Assembly (NCBI GenBank): GCA_008632985.1
Contig: QPGO01000040.1
Span: forward strand, 439,719 to 503,718
Direction of reading: 5' to 3'
DNA length: 64,000 bases
Source: Psammoneis japonica
Lineage: Eukaryota
In this document: piece by piece, positions 39,534 to 50,791 of the stretch
Position numbering within the stretch: the stretch's first letter is position 1
Layout of the letters: each line of letters begins with the position of its first letter
Notes under the pieces: model-generated
The model's database searches: none
Told to the model about the DNA's origin: nothing
The model's input: the letters and a program-made list of their open reading frames with translations, nothing else
Translations under genes and position numbers: made by a program

Positions 39534-40144
39534 TCTGCAGCAATGGGGAACTGGATGCGCAAAGGCGACTTGTCTCCTCGAATTCAGCACAGTCTTTCAC
39601 AATAAAAAGTAAAAGATGCATCTCACGAGTGAGGAGTCCAGACAATGACGCAAACAGTTGATGGTGACTGTTATCGACCGCAAAACTGAAACCGTAGCAA
39701 GCCATCACGCAAAAATTAGAGCCGATCGTGATTTTCACTACTAATTTCGCCGATTTGACACTCATATTCAAATAGAAGTAGAATATTTTTGCGTTTTTCA
39801 TGTTTTAGGCTCTTTTCCGAGCCATTTCTCCCTCATACAATCTACAATCTCTATTCTCTCTGATCTCTGCAGATAGATGCAATGGTCTGAATGCCGTCGC
39901 TGGTCGCTGGTCCTCTGTGTATTCCATTGCCAAGCGTACCGGTAGAACTAGAGAGGAGAGTATGATTTGAAAAGATAGCGATATTGCCTTGATTATTTGA
40001 AGTCTAAACGATGAACGAAGTCGGACCAACATCGTTTGAGGATGGAGTTTCTTCGTAAGTGACTGCAACATACCGTTTTGAAGCGTGATAATTGTGACAT
40101 GCTGCTCATGCCTTACGTTTTGCTTTGTCTCTGATTGTAGCATC

Positions 40145-42415
40145 ATGATGGTTACAGAGGAATTAAAACGAAGTCTGCGTGATGTTTCTGAGGTTGATAT
40201 GGGCCTTGCATTAGAGTGGCAGAGAGATCTCGATTCCATCGCTGAGAAGCTAGACTTGTTGTTGAGGCTTACGTTGGATTCTCCCGGCGACGATGTAAAG
40301 AATGATTTGTATCTTCATTGTGCACAGCGGGCTTGTGATGCTGCCATACTCGTGCTTGACCACGTCACAAAAATTCATACCGAAACGAACGAGGTGCCAG
40401 ATCTCGAACCGCACATGGAAGGACAAGCTGCAATTGCTAGAATTGCAGAACTTAACCTTGTCCTGCTTGGGATGTGGATGCAACAACAGCGCGAAAAGGA
40501 TGATACGCAAATCAGTACCATTATTGAATCCTACACGTCTTATCAACGACAGGTACTACGACAACGATCCAAGCCACCCATTGCTCAATTAGCTACCTGG
40601 CGAAAATCACAACACGTGGCACACGATGACGAGGACGAAGAGCAAGTCAAGCAACCGCATATACACGCCATGACAATCATTTTAGGGCAAGCGAGTGCAT
40701 TACTGCATCCCCTCTTGCTGTGGGTACAACAGATACCCCCGGAAACACCCTTGCTCAACATGTGTAATTCTGCCATTGTCACCCTGGATGAACAAGCGCA
40801 GACCCTCACAAAAACGATTTGCAGTTGGTTTCACGAAGACAGAAAGATTGAGGAGTGGATGTCCATGACCACTGAAACGAATGAATCAAACCATCAGCAG
40901 CCAACTGACTTAGCAGAGTTGGACGCTCTGTGTGAAGAAATGAGCTTCGGGTGTCAGGTCTTGGCTCGATATGATCTTTTGATTCGACAGACGGAACAGT
41001 CATGCCAAACTATTGTAGCACAAGAGCTACTACCTGAATGGACATGGCGATATGCTACACTAGAGCGCTTCTTGTCGGTACGGCAGTGGCAGTACGCCCT
41101 AAAAATGGCTTGTCCGGTTGAGATTGTCATGGGCACTTCCATCAAGGTTCCCAGCGTTGTGGAGGATGCTCAATATTTGAGTACTCGTGCCCTTGAACGC
41201 GCCTCGACAACCTTGTCTGTTCAAGCCATGGGGACGGTCGCCCATGCGGTGACTCATGATGTCTGGAGTACAGAAGATAACATAGGTGGCGTGCATCATG
41301 CACTCGTGCACGAATTGGGTTGCTGGGCGCAACCGGCAGAAACCGAAGAAGCTGTAGTCGAAAAGGTGGCGTCACCGCCGGCTTCCAACTCGTTTGCTTC
41401 GGCACTGTTGGGCGCTCTAGACGATGATTTGAGTTCGAGCAAAAAGGGGTCGGAACCATCCACACCTTCCCGTCCTCCCAAGGCGCCATCGTCGGGTGGG
41501 CTATTAGGAGGAATCGTAGGAAGCCTGGCGGGAAGTCAAGAACAGAGGCAAATGAGGATCGATACACAGTTGTGTAACTTGAACGGTATTCATTCCGCAT
41601 CAGTGGCATGCTCCTCACTGGTGACGCTGTTGGAAAATCTCTTGGAAGACAACGCTTCTGACGAGCACGGTGAGACGAGCAAATCGTCGGGTACTTCCAT
41701 GATTGAACTGGCACGCGATGAATTGATACGGTACGACAATGCTTACCAAGAACTATTGTTCAATACTATTCGACAAGTCTTGTTAGAGTGGTGCATGTCG
41801 AGGGGGCAGTGTTTGCACTTGCTTAGGGAATTTTTGTCCAGTGAAAGATACGAACTGGATGCCACATCTTTTCGTCACGCGGAATCTGAGGACAGGCTAG
41901 AACGGGACATGATGACTCCGTTACGTCGGAGCCCCGTTATACGTGATCTTGAAAAGTGCGATACGCACGTTACGACGCAGTTGGCTCGAGAATTGAGTTC
42001 TGTAGTATCACATCTCATTTTGGAAATTCTTTGGGAGCAGCGAGAACCACTAGAGGGGGGTAAGCAGCAGCGGAACGTACGGTCATTCAATGACTGGGGA
42101 GCGTTACTTCTCTCCAAGCAAGTTCGACTTCTGTCTCAATTTATGGTTGGACTGGTACAAAACTCCAGCAATGATAATCAGCAAGGCTCGTATCAAAACA
42201 CAACAATCGTTATGGATCAGTGGGAGGAGTTGTCACAAGTTGTTACTCTGCTGCAGTTGGAGAAGCCATCGGACTTCTCTGCTTATCAAGCTACTTGCAG
42301 TTTGACTGCAAAAGAACTTGAAAAGACTTTGTCCCTTCGTGTTGATTTCCCCAAGGACGCTATTCTCGCTATAATACAAGCATACAGTAAATCCAAAGGA
42401 CAGGAATCGTCCTAA
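40145..42415 (+). CDS. COG4: Conserved oligomeric Golgi complex subunit 4-like protein (start uncertain)
   Basis: Long helical ORF. C-terminus FNDWGALLLSKQVR..LSQVVTLLQLE..LTAKELEKTLSLRVDF resembles the COG4 C-terminal domain. Confidence 0.65.
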   Translation: MMVTEELKRSLRDVSEVDMGLALEWQRDLDSIAEKLDLLLRLTLDSPGDDVKNDLYLHCAQRACDAAILVLDHVTKIHTETNEVPDLEPHMEGQAAIARIAELNLVLLGMWMQQQREKDDTQISTIIESYTSYQRQVLRQRSKPPIAQLATWRKSQHVAHDDEDEEQVKQPHIHAMTIILGQASALLHPLLLWVQQIPPETPLLNMCNSAIVTLDEQAQTLTKTICSWFHEDRKIEEWMSMTTETNESNHQQPTDLAELDALCEEMSFGCQVLARYDLLIRQTEQSCQTIVAQELLPEWTWRYATLERFLSVRQWQYALKMACPVEIVMGTSIKVPSVVEDAQYLSTRALERASTTLSVQAMGTVAHAVTHDVWSTEDNIGGVHHALVHELGCWAQPAETEEAVVEKVASPPASNSFASALLGALDDDLSSSKKGSEPSTPSRPPKAPSSGGLLGGIVGSLAGSQEQRQMRIDTQLCNLNGIHSASVACSSLVTLLENLLEDNASDEHGETSKSSGTSMIELARDELIRYDNAYQELLFNTIRQVLLEWCMSRGQCLHLLREFLSSERYELDATSFRHAESEDRLERDMMTPLRRSPVIRDLEKCDTHVTTQLARELSSVVSHLILEILWEQREPLEGGKQQRNVRSFNDWGALLLSKQVRLLSQFMVGLVQNSSNDNQQGSYQNTTIVMDQWEELSQVVTLLQLEKPSDFSAYQATCSLTAKELEKTLSLRVDFPKDAILAIIQAYSKSKGQESS

Positions 42416-42461
42416 ACTGGAAATAGCGGCAATTGTAGAAGTAGCTTTACTCCGATCATTA

Positions 42462-44666
42462 TTACTTAATTCTTCGGAATACGAAAACTGTATCTGTCGA
42501 TGTGCTTCCTCTCATGATTCTCAAATCGTTGTCCAGGTATGTCATGTCGAGTTGGTTGAGTGGACCTAAACTCTTCCAATGATCTGCTCGTGTGCTAGTC
42601 GGTCCATACATTACTCGATCTGGAGTTACACTCATTATCAACGTTGGCTCCCCGGTAAAGAGAGACACGCTGCCTCTTAAACTCCAATCACCATTTACTC
42701 TCACATCAAACGATGCTGTATCAGGATTCACTTCTATACGTTCAATGTATTCCATATCAGTTACGTATCTTCGTTCGACACAAAACCAGAGATTCCTAGT
42801 TAGAGTGAAACAAATCATGAATATCATTCAAAGAACCAAACAAAGCACTCACTTGTTAGCTTGAAGCTTTTGCACCAGTCCACCAAACCGTCCATTAGGA
42901 AAGCTGCCTCCCAGCCCACTTAATCCCTTATTGAATTTAAAGGCGGAAGAGCTTGCGTATAGTAGCTCCCAGTCTCCCGCTAGCTCTGTTTGTTCAATAG
43001 CTCCACCAGACAACTTGATCTGATTCGTCGGCTCTGTTTCCATTGCGCTAAGGATGGTGAGAACTTGTTTCTCTTCCAGTTCTGTACTTTCCAGTCCACA
43101 CGGAAGCCGTTCAGTATCACTGTTCAAATTATCCAAAAATGAAAGAAGTTGCGCCTTGATTGCACCATCGCTGTCTTCGGCCGGCTCTGGAGCTTGCGGT
43201 TCTTCCTCGTCATCCTCATTCTCAAACAAGTCATCGATTGCTTGATAGAGCGCCAAGAAACCCTCTTCGTTTAGCATTTCACGCTTCTCCTTTACAATAC
43301 CTTCATAGATGTTCTGGAGCTCTAGCGGAAGCAAGTCTCCCTCTGCAAGCATGTCCTGCAGGTCCCCCCATCGTTTCAGCTCCTCCATACCCACCAGTTG
43401 CTCTTCATTGGCCAGCTCGGCGAACAGAACTCCAGGGGGTAAGTCGTCTCCAGTTACCATCGGCTTGTCCACAATAACCTTTTCCACCGTGTCATTTTCA
43501 GAAACTATATCAGTGTCGTCGTTGTCCTCTTTATCTTCCTCGTCATCAAACACAAACAGTTCGTCAAGGGCGACGTTGAAGCTCAGGAACCCGTCGACAT
43601 CGAGTTGCTCCGGAGATCCCGGGCTTTTCGCTGTCTTTGACCATATGTCATCAAACTCATCCTCTCCCAACAATCCGTCCTGCAAAAGCTTTTCGATTTC
43701 ATCCCACTTTCGCAGATCGCTTTTTGTTATGAGGCCATTGTCGTCACCGAGGGATTTGAATAGCTGTTCCAGTTCCTCTTCGTCTCTGGCAACATCATCG
43801 TCCTGCTCCTCTTCGTTGTCGTCTGTGCCGACGCTAACATCTACATTGCTATTGGCTACTGCCGTACCAGACGTTTCGACATTGTTGTTCTTTGGTGCAT
43901 CCTGTTTCTCCGCCAAGACGTTTTGATCGTCATTCTCCTCGTCGTCCTCGTCTTCAAACATATCGTCAATGTCACGATAAATCTGAATAAACGAATCTAC
44001 ATCTATTCTCTCGTCATCCGCTTCTTCTGGAAATTTTGGCGCCGCATTCCAAATGTCAACCAACTCTTCCTCTAGTAAATCGCCATCTTGCTGTGAGCGT
44101 GTAACAACGAAGGAAAGAGAAGAAAACGCGCATGAGAAAATTACGCAAGTCGGATCATGGATCATGCCATCCGAGACATTAACATGGTTCATGTCGGCCT
44201 CGTATTGGATAAAAGTGGTTTCCTGCATTGTTTGCGGAGTAATTCTAGAGCAGTTTGTCATCGTCATTGGCCCAACGAAACGCTCTCCACGTCAGCTACG
44301 TACCAACATTTCTGCAATTGCTGCAACCTTTTTGAGAGTACCAATCGTCATGAGCCCATCACTGTCACATTGTTTTGAAAATAGCGCTTGCAAACCTTCC
44401 CCATCTTGTGCCTCAACAAACAAAGCATCGTCGTCGTTGTCAGTACTACTTGTCGATACCGTCATGAACAGCTGTTGTGAAGACGATTGAATTCTGCTCC
44501 GAGAAACAAAACATCTTGCTTGAGAATCATTGCTCAGAAACGCTTGAAAGGGCCATCTCGAAGTTGAAGGTGATGTTAATGATGTGAATGCATAAACTCC
44601 TCTTTTCAGAAAAAATGTGAAAGACAACAACGAAAACAAGCCCAGAGACCCCCTCATTTTTCTCAT
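42462..44666 (-). CDS. Plastid-targeted protein: acidic EF-hand-like repeats plus C-terminal PAP/fibrillin domain
   Basis: Leader ending VYA-F, repeats of W..I..LL.DG.L...E...IW, and fibrillin motifs LAGDWELLYAS and TYLDNDLRIMRG. Two introns. Confidence 0.75.
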
Positions 44667-45095
44667 TTCTGTGATTAGTTGGTCTGCAACTTGATGAACT
44701 TTCTTATGGTGGAGCTTCGTCGTTCCTCCAAGACCAAGAAAACTTTTTTCCTCCGTCTGTTGTGTTACTCCTGGGTTAGCTTTATCGGATGCAGACCGAA
44801 TTTTAGCAAACCATTGTCCCCTCACACGATGAAGAACTGAATCAGGAATGCCCACAACGATCTTTCGAATGTTGCAGTCGTCACAATTTCCCTCCACCTG
44901 GACCGTTGGACGTTCGCCTTCGAAGATTGTACCAGGAATCGTGTAGGTTCTACATACGAATGCGCTCATACGTTCTTGTGTACAAACACATCTACGAGCT
45001 CAAACGACGGAGCTCGTGATGAAGCCTGTCCGTAAACCCAACTTTCATCCGCTCTTCTCATCTTCACGTCACACAAACGCACCCGAGCATCGAAA

Positions 45096-45773
45096 ATGGC
45101 GTTCCGACTTGCCTTGACTACAGCGGCCCGGCGTCAACTGCTTCGCGGATCATCGCTTGCCACAGTGTCAAGATCAGTACCAAGGGCATTCTTCTCGTCC
45201 GAGGCAGTTGTTCCTGGCGTCGGAAAGGGCAAAACATCAACCGGATTGGTGAGTGCGAATTATTTAGCTCATGTTTTCTTGTTTTTCGTTGCTGTGTGTC
45301 GGAGGAGTTGTAGCCCCGTCATGCGTATAAAATCATCTAGTACTTGAAGAAGTTTACATGATGGGTGAGCTTACCTTCTGACTGTACTTTAGGTTGGACT
45401 TGCGGTGGATCACGATGCTGTTCCCAAAATGATTGTCAAGTACCAAGCCCTCTTGGATCGCATGGCGGAGAGTGACATGCCGGAGGATGCTCATTACCGT
45501 GTGACAGTAGAGAAGATTGCACGCTATCGCATTCAGGCAGCCAAAGATAATTTGGATGATCCCGAAAAGGTAGAGGAATTGTGCAACTGCGGACAAGTGG
45601 AAGAATTGGTACAACAGGCGGATGATGAAATGGAGGTGTTGGAAATGTATCTGAGGAATCGTTGGTGGGAGTATGTGAAACCGGCAGATATTGAATACAA
45701 CCCTACTGAGGAAGAAGAGCAAGATGATCCAGAATATGCTGAAGATCTCAAGAAGAACGAAGAAAGTAGCTAA
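45096..45773 (+). CDS. NDUFA5: Mitochondrial complex I subunit NDUFA5 (B13)
   Basis: Mitochondrial-type presequence, then [32 protein letters not shown]. Intron 45249-45392. Confidence 0.88.
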
Positions 45774-46497
45774 GAGGAACAGCATTTGTGAGAAGCTCGA
45801 TGTTTACCTTGATTGGATTGGTTGTTCGCGCATTCGTCCATAAGTGATGAATCGGATTGTAGAAATCATGTTTATTATTACGTGTCTGTTTGATGTGGTG
45901 TTGCTTCACTATCGTGTACGTAGCCCCTCTGTTGACAAAGCACGTGCTAAACGCTGTTTCCTGTTCCCTTTCTTCTGGCGACCAGGAAACTACGGATGGG
46001 GCTGAAGACTTGATGTTACAAGTTGAACGATTCAAGGATTTGAACGCACAGCTTGTTGAGTTGTGCCAACAAGTAGCGTCGAAAGATGAAAAGAAGACGC
46101 CATACATTTGCAATGTCGAGATTGTGGCGAGGCATCGTTTTGAAATAGGAGTTGCAGCTCGCGGGGAACAAGAAATACGAAGCAAGTGTGACTACTATAA
46201 TTCGACAGTTCCTGAGCTCATCAAACAGGCAGAAAAGGAGATTGAGGCACTTAAAGCATACATGGCGTCAAGAAGAATGTAATGGTAAGCTGGCTGTACA
46301 TCGTATGATAAGAGATGCATCTGGCATGCTAATTGTCGTTTTCGTCGCTTCAGTCAAAAGCGGTAAAAGGATTTAGAATGGCTTTCTCTCACATTGCTGT
46401 CTTCTCCAGTCTTTTCTTTTTAGTTTTCCTAACCTTGCAGGGTGTTTCTTTATAAAAGAATTGATAGAAGAATGAAGGACCTGTAACGTACTACGTA

Positions 46498-47278
46498 CAA
46501 GTAAAAAACCGGTCTGTCCTCTACTTTTTGGTGTCTTTGTAAAAGTCGATTTTGTTTCCAAAATCGATGGGGTTTTCACTATACAATGCTTCTTACGTCT
46601 TCTACCATTGTCAATTGACATGTTCTCATGCCTGTGTTCACCAGAGTCACGGTTCTGAACGCCATAACTAGTGTCGCAAGAGGGGGCTTTTTTTGCTCCA
46701 AGAGGACAGACCGGTCGTCAGTAGAATTCTACGTGGAAATGTACCGAGAAATTTACAAAGTTTTTTTTCTCGCTTGTGGCCATCGTCTCTTGCAACGGCA
46801 GCATGGTAAGTCCATAATACACACTCGTATCGAATTATATGGGCCCATAAGCTATGATTGATTGCTGTTTTGCTTTGTTACTCGCACTGTGTATGCAGGT
46901 GTTTGTCACTGGTCATCATTCATCATGACACATGGGGCAACTTCTTGTTGTCGAAAACTCAACAAAACGCAGCGCGATACAGTGTTAAAAAATATTAAAT
47001 AATGAAGATAATTAATGAACGAAAATCTCTGTAAAATTTCAGACGGTGCATTTTTTTTAGAAAATGGCGATGTGCCGTTTTTAGCCCCCGATTGCGCTAT
47101 GATGCAACATTCTTTTGTCCCGCTGTTTTCACCATGATCTCTATTGACGTTCTAACTGAAGTTTGTAGGTTGGGTTTGGATGGCAAACAATGGGAAGTTA
47201 CTCATAGAGTTGCTTTACAAAGTTTGCTCTTCCAAGAGGACAGACCGGTCGGAAGAGGACAGACCGGTTTTTTACTTG
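46498..47278. mobile_element. Tc1/mariner-type MITE candidate, 781 bp
   Basis: Perfect 28-bp inverted repeat (46495-46522 and 47254-47281) that includes a flanking TA on both sides. Extra internal copies of AGAGGACAGACCGGT near 46700 and 47235. Confidence 0.7.
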
Positions 47279-47454
47279 TACCGTCGATCTTCGATTTGGG
47301 CAGTCTTGCTGTCATGTTTTCCGCGCGATTTGAGATTTTTTCCTTGTGTTCCGCGCGAGTTTGAACGTTACCCCCGCGAGTTTTTTAGCGATCCACGAGC
47401 TTGCAACGGCTACTTTCAAAAATCCTTCCGCGCCTCCACAGAACACTATGTACA

Positions 47455-48639
47455 ATGGCGGCGCGATCGTCCTCAGTCGACATCAGTATGTCAATTCCAA
47501 GAAAAGCGCTAAAGGCGATAAGCTGTAATCAGTCTCAAGACATCACGACTCCACTTTCAAAGGAACAGAATGGTGTCGCGAAACGAAAAGAAAAGTCTGA
47601 TTCTCCAGAAGTCGGTGATACCGAACGAGAAGTGATGTTTGACAAGGTGTGTAGAAAGCGATGCGCTCGAGACTACGATGGAGATTTACTTGACAAAGGT
47701 ATCCGCGAGTGGTCTTTGGACGACTTTGAGTTCGTGAAACCGTTGGGAAAGGGAGGCACAGCTTCTGTGTTTTGTGTCAAGGAGAAACAATCACGGCACC
47801 ACGTTGCACTGAAGGTACAAAAGGCAACAGACGAAGGCATACTTGAAGTCGATGTCCATGAGTCACTTTGCCATCCGTCGGTTGTCAAAATGATAGATTA
47901 CTTCTATTCTGACGAGACTTTTGGACAGCAGGATTGTGCTGAAAGAGAGAAGAAGGGGGAGGAAGACGATGAACAGGGCATTTATCCCAAGAAGTACCTG
48001 TGTATGATCATTGAACTCTGCAACAAATCACTCTTTGATGCTATTCGTGATGCAAAAAGAGGATGCTTTTCGGAAGAACAAGCAGCGTGTTACTTTCGTG
48101 GTGCTGTCAACGCGATGCAACACCTGCATGATAACGAAACTATCCATTGCGACTGCAAGTCACTGAATTTCTTGCTCACCAAGGATGATAAAATCAAGCT
48201 TGCCGACTTTGGAATGGCTGTGCCGTTTGACGATAAGGAAATCGTAGGTGGATCGCCAGCTTTCATGGCACCAGAGCATCTAATGGCGTGGCGACTCATG
48301 ACGAACGAGTTCGACTATCGCACGGACATTTACAGTTTGGGCATAGTGCTCTTTGAGATGCTAGCGGGATACTTGCCATATGAAGTGGTCGAGAATGATG
48401 AAGATTCTCTGTTGGCAGAAATGGACGCCTTGGCCATCGATGAGGGGGATTTCTCTATTCCTATCTTGGATTTACGAAAGCTAGATGATCATACAAGTGA
48501 GGAGCCATTCTACATTCCGCCACCCATCTTCCCTGAATCCATGTCAGCAGAAGCTCAAGACTTGATCTTGAGACTAACAGAACCCACAGTGGAAGATAGA
48601 ATATCACTTCGAGAAGTCAAAGAGCATGCTTGGCTATAA
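47455..48639 (+). CDS. Ser/Thr protein kinase (Aurora-like)
   Basis: WSLDDFE..LGKGGTASV, VALK, HCDCKSLN, ADFG, GSPAFMAPE and DIYSLG motifs. Intronless. Confidence 0.85.
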   Translation: MAARSSSVDISMSIPRKALKAISCNQSQDITTPLSKEQNGVAKRKEKSDSPEVGDTEREVMFDKVCRKRCARDYDGDLLDKGIREWSLDDFEFVKPLGKGGTASVFCVKEKQSRHHVALKVQKATDEGILEVDVHESLCHPSVVKMIDYFYSDETFGQQDCAEREKKGEEDDEQGIYPKKYLCMIIELCNKSLFDAIRDAKRGCFSEEQAACYFRGAVNAMQHLHDNETIHCDCKSLNFLLTKDDKIKLADFGMAVPFDDKEIVGGSPAFMAPEHLMAWRLMTNEFDYRTDIYSLGIVLFEMLAGYLPYEVVENDEDSLLAEMDALAIDEGDFSIPILDLRKLDDHTSEEPFYIPPPIFPESMSAEAQDLILRLTEPTVEDRISLREVKEHAWL

Positions 48640-48989
48640 CAACATCACACGTGGAGCAACGATGAGAATGGTCCCCTTTAGTCCCTGGGTTGGGAATTTG
48701 AAAGCAAAAGGGCATTATTATTGATGGGAAGGAAAAGGTTGTGATGGAAATAATGCAGCCTCAGAAATGCGATTAGATCGTAACGTACCATATACCGTTA
48801 GTCATGGTTTGGCATCGCACGGAGAAAAAACCTGGTTTTGTTTTTCGATAGATTGATTCGTGATGCATTTTAGATGCTGGAAAATTTGCGTTTGAGTTGA
48901 ATTGCCGGTCAGCCAGCTGCTCGCAAAGTATGTCTATAAGCCACTCATGTGCCAGAAGCTTCTTGTGGACAAGTTTGACGACAAGTGGG

Positions 48990-50400
48990 TTTGTTGGCCA
49001 AGAACTGCTTTTCAATGCATGAGGTCATGCAGAAAGCAGCACACACAAACTCCACAAAACCAATGGAGCCCAACCTTGTTCATCTTGCAACAGCAATCTG
49101 CCAGGGTTGGTTTTGCTCCCATCAAGCGAATGTGACAAGTCCATCTTGAAATTGAATGGAGAGGATCTTCAGCCATGGCTGACAGCTGGAAACCCATGTC
49201 TTCCTATTTTGTGTTTGGCATTGGCCACTTTGCTGCTCTTGGGCATTCTCATGAGAGTCACTGTGTGGGCCCACTTGCTGGCAGCAACACTTCACCTCCA
49301 ACCCTGGTGCCCACACACCCACTCCTGCCATGATGCCAACTTCGACATGATGAAATGGCAAGACAATTCATGGCCTTGGCGAGGCAACACAGAGTCTCAA
49401 ACATGCTGAACCAACAAGTCAATGTTGCCAAAAGGGAACCCCACAAGGTTTCCTGCACCACTTGTTGCTCTTGCCATGGTTGCTGCAGTGGCTGTGGTTT
49501 GCCTGGAAGTCCTCAACAAACTTTGACATTGTGATGTGATGGAGTGCCTGCTGATGCCACAATGCATTTCATGCGAAGGTTGGCGAGATCAGCAATGAGC
49601 ATGTTTTCATTTCCAAAGTGTTGCCCCAGACATCCACTGTGCAAGTGCTGGGCAAAGTGTCTTCTCTTCAATGACTCCATGCCCAGGCTTCTTGTGCTTC
49701 CTGCTTGTTTTGGATGATGGTTCGACAAAGCAGCCCAGCACACCCGAGTGCAAGGCAGTGGATTGAACCAAAAACCAGTGCCCCATGGCCCACAGGGCTT
49801 GACCACAGCTGTGGCATGGCAGTGGCAAAAGCAACAACAGCCAGTCAGCCAGCTCCAATTCCTGCAGCATTCATGGACATGGCATGAGGTGCAGCTTGAA
49901 TGTTCATTTTCATGTGCTCGTTGAAGCAGCGCCATCACTTTGCCTGGTGCTTGTGGTTTCCTGTGACAGACTGGCTGGAAAGGAGGCAACAATGCAACCC
50001 TGCACTCAGGGTGCAGCAGCAGCCACCACCAAGCTCTCACACAAGTGGCGATGGCCACACCCCAAAGTGCGTCGCTGTGTGGAATGATGGAGCTGGCTGC
50101 CCGCCGCCCAAGCTCCACGAGATCATGTGCCCACATTGTTTGGCCACCACTGGCTGGTGATGCCAAACATGCAGGCATTGCCAGCAAGTGCACCCAAAAA
50201 TGTTCAAACCAGGGTCACAGTGCAAAACACTCCGAAACAGAACACCTGCTGTGCTTTCCATTTTGTGACATGCAGGCAGCACAGCCCTTTCATGGCACCG
50301 CCAACTTCGTCATCAGCGCAAGTGCCGTTGTGGCCGAACATATGTCATGTGCACAACTGCCGGCACTGCATACACTGCAATGAAAAATTACAGCACATGC
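48990..50400. other. CpG/TpA-depleted block E; left part duplicated at ~53500-53660 and ~56740-57100
   Basis: 49170-49350 aligns to 56860-57045. Dinucleotide signature ends abruptly at ~50400. Confidence 0.7.
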
Positions 50401-50791
50401 TGTAGCTACTAGCTCTGCTAGTAGCCACCACCAGCTCTCTCTAGCTAGAGAGTAGAGAGAGGGCCAGAGAGACTGCTGGCTAGTTTGAGAGACAGAGCCC
50501 CCTTCTACCGTATAAAATGAAGATTAATTTTGTACAGTATCGTCTTTTGAACGCAACGGAAAAATAATGAATAATGTCCTCTTAACTGTATCTGCATTAA
50601 CCATATAATACTGACTTTCTCTTTATTCTTGAATACATCTATTAAAAAATTTCCTTCCAACGCTTGGCGTTCCCGCCATCTGCATCATCATTCGCACACA
50701 TTTTTTATTTTGATTTTGTGTGTGTGTGTGTGTAGTAATAAACCGGCCAACACTTACTTTATGATTTCGCATTGAAGCCTTTCAACTAACC

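Noticed and set aside
43309..43926. Long Ser-rich antisense ORFs (also 23454-23870 and 62324-62794)
   Set aside because: Shadow frames of acidic, Ala-rich or Pro/Thr-rich coding sequence on the other strand.
45890..46282. 130-aa ORF downstream of NDUFA5
   Set aside because: Non-ATG start in the track and no recognisable motif. It could be a gene fragment but I cannot support a call.
50717..50733. (TG)n tract upstream of the peroxidase
   Set aside because: Short ordinary microsatellite with no evidence of function.
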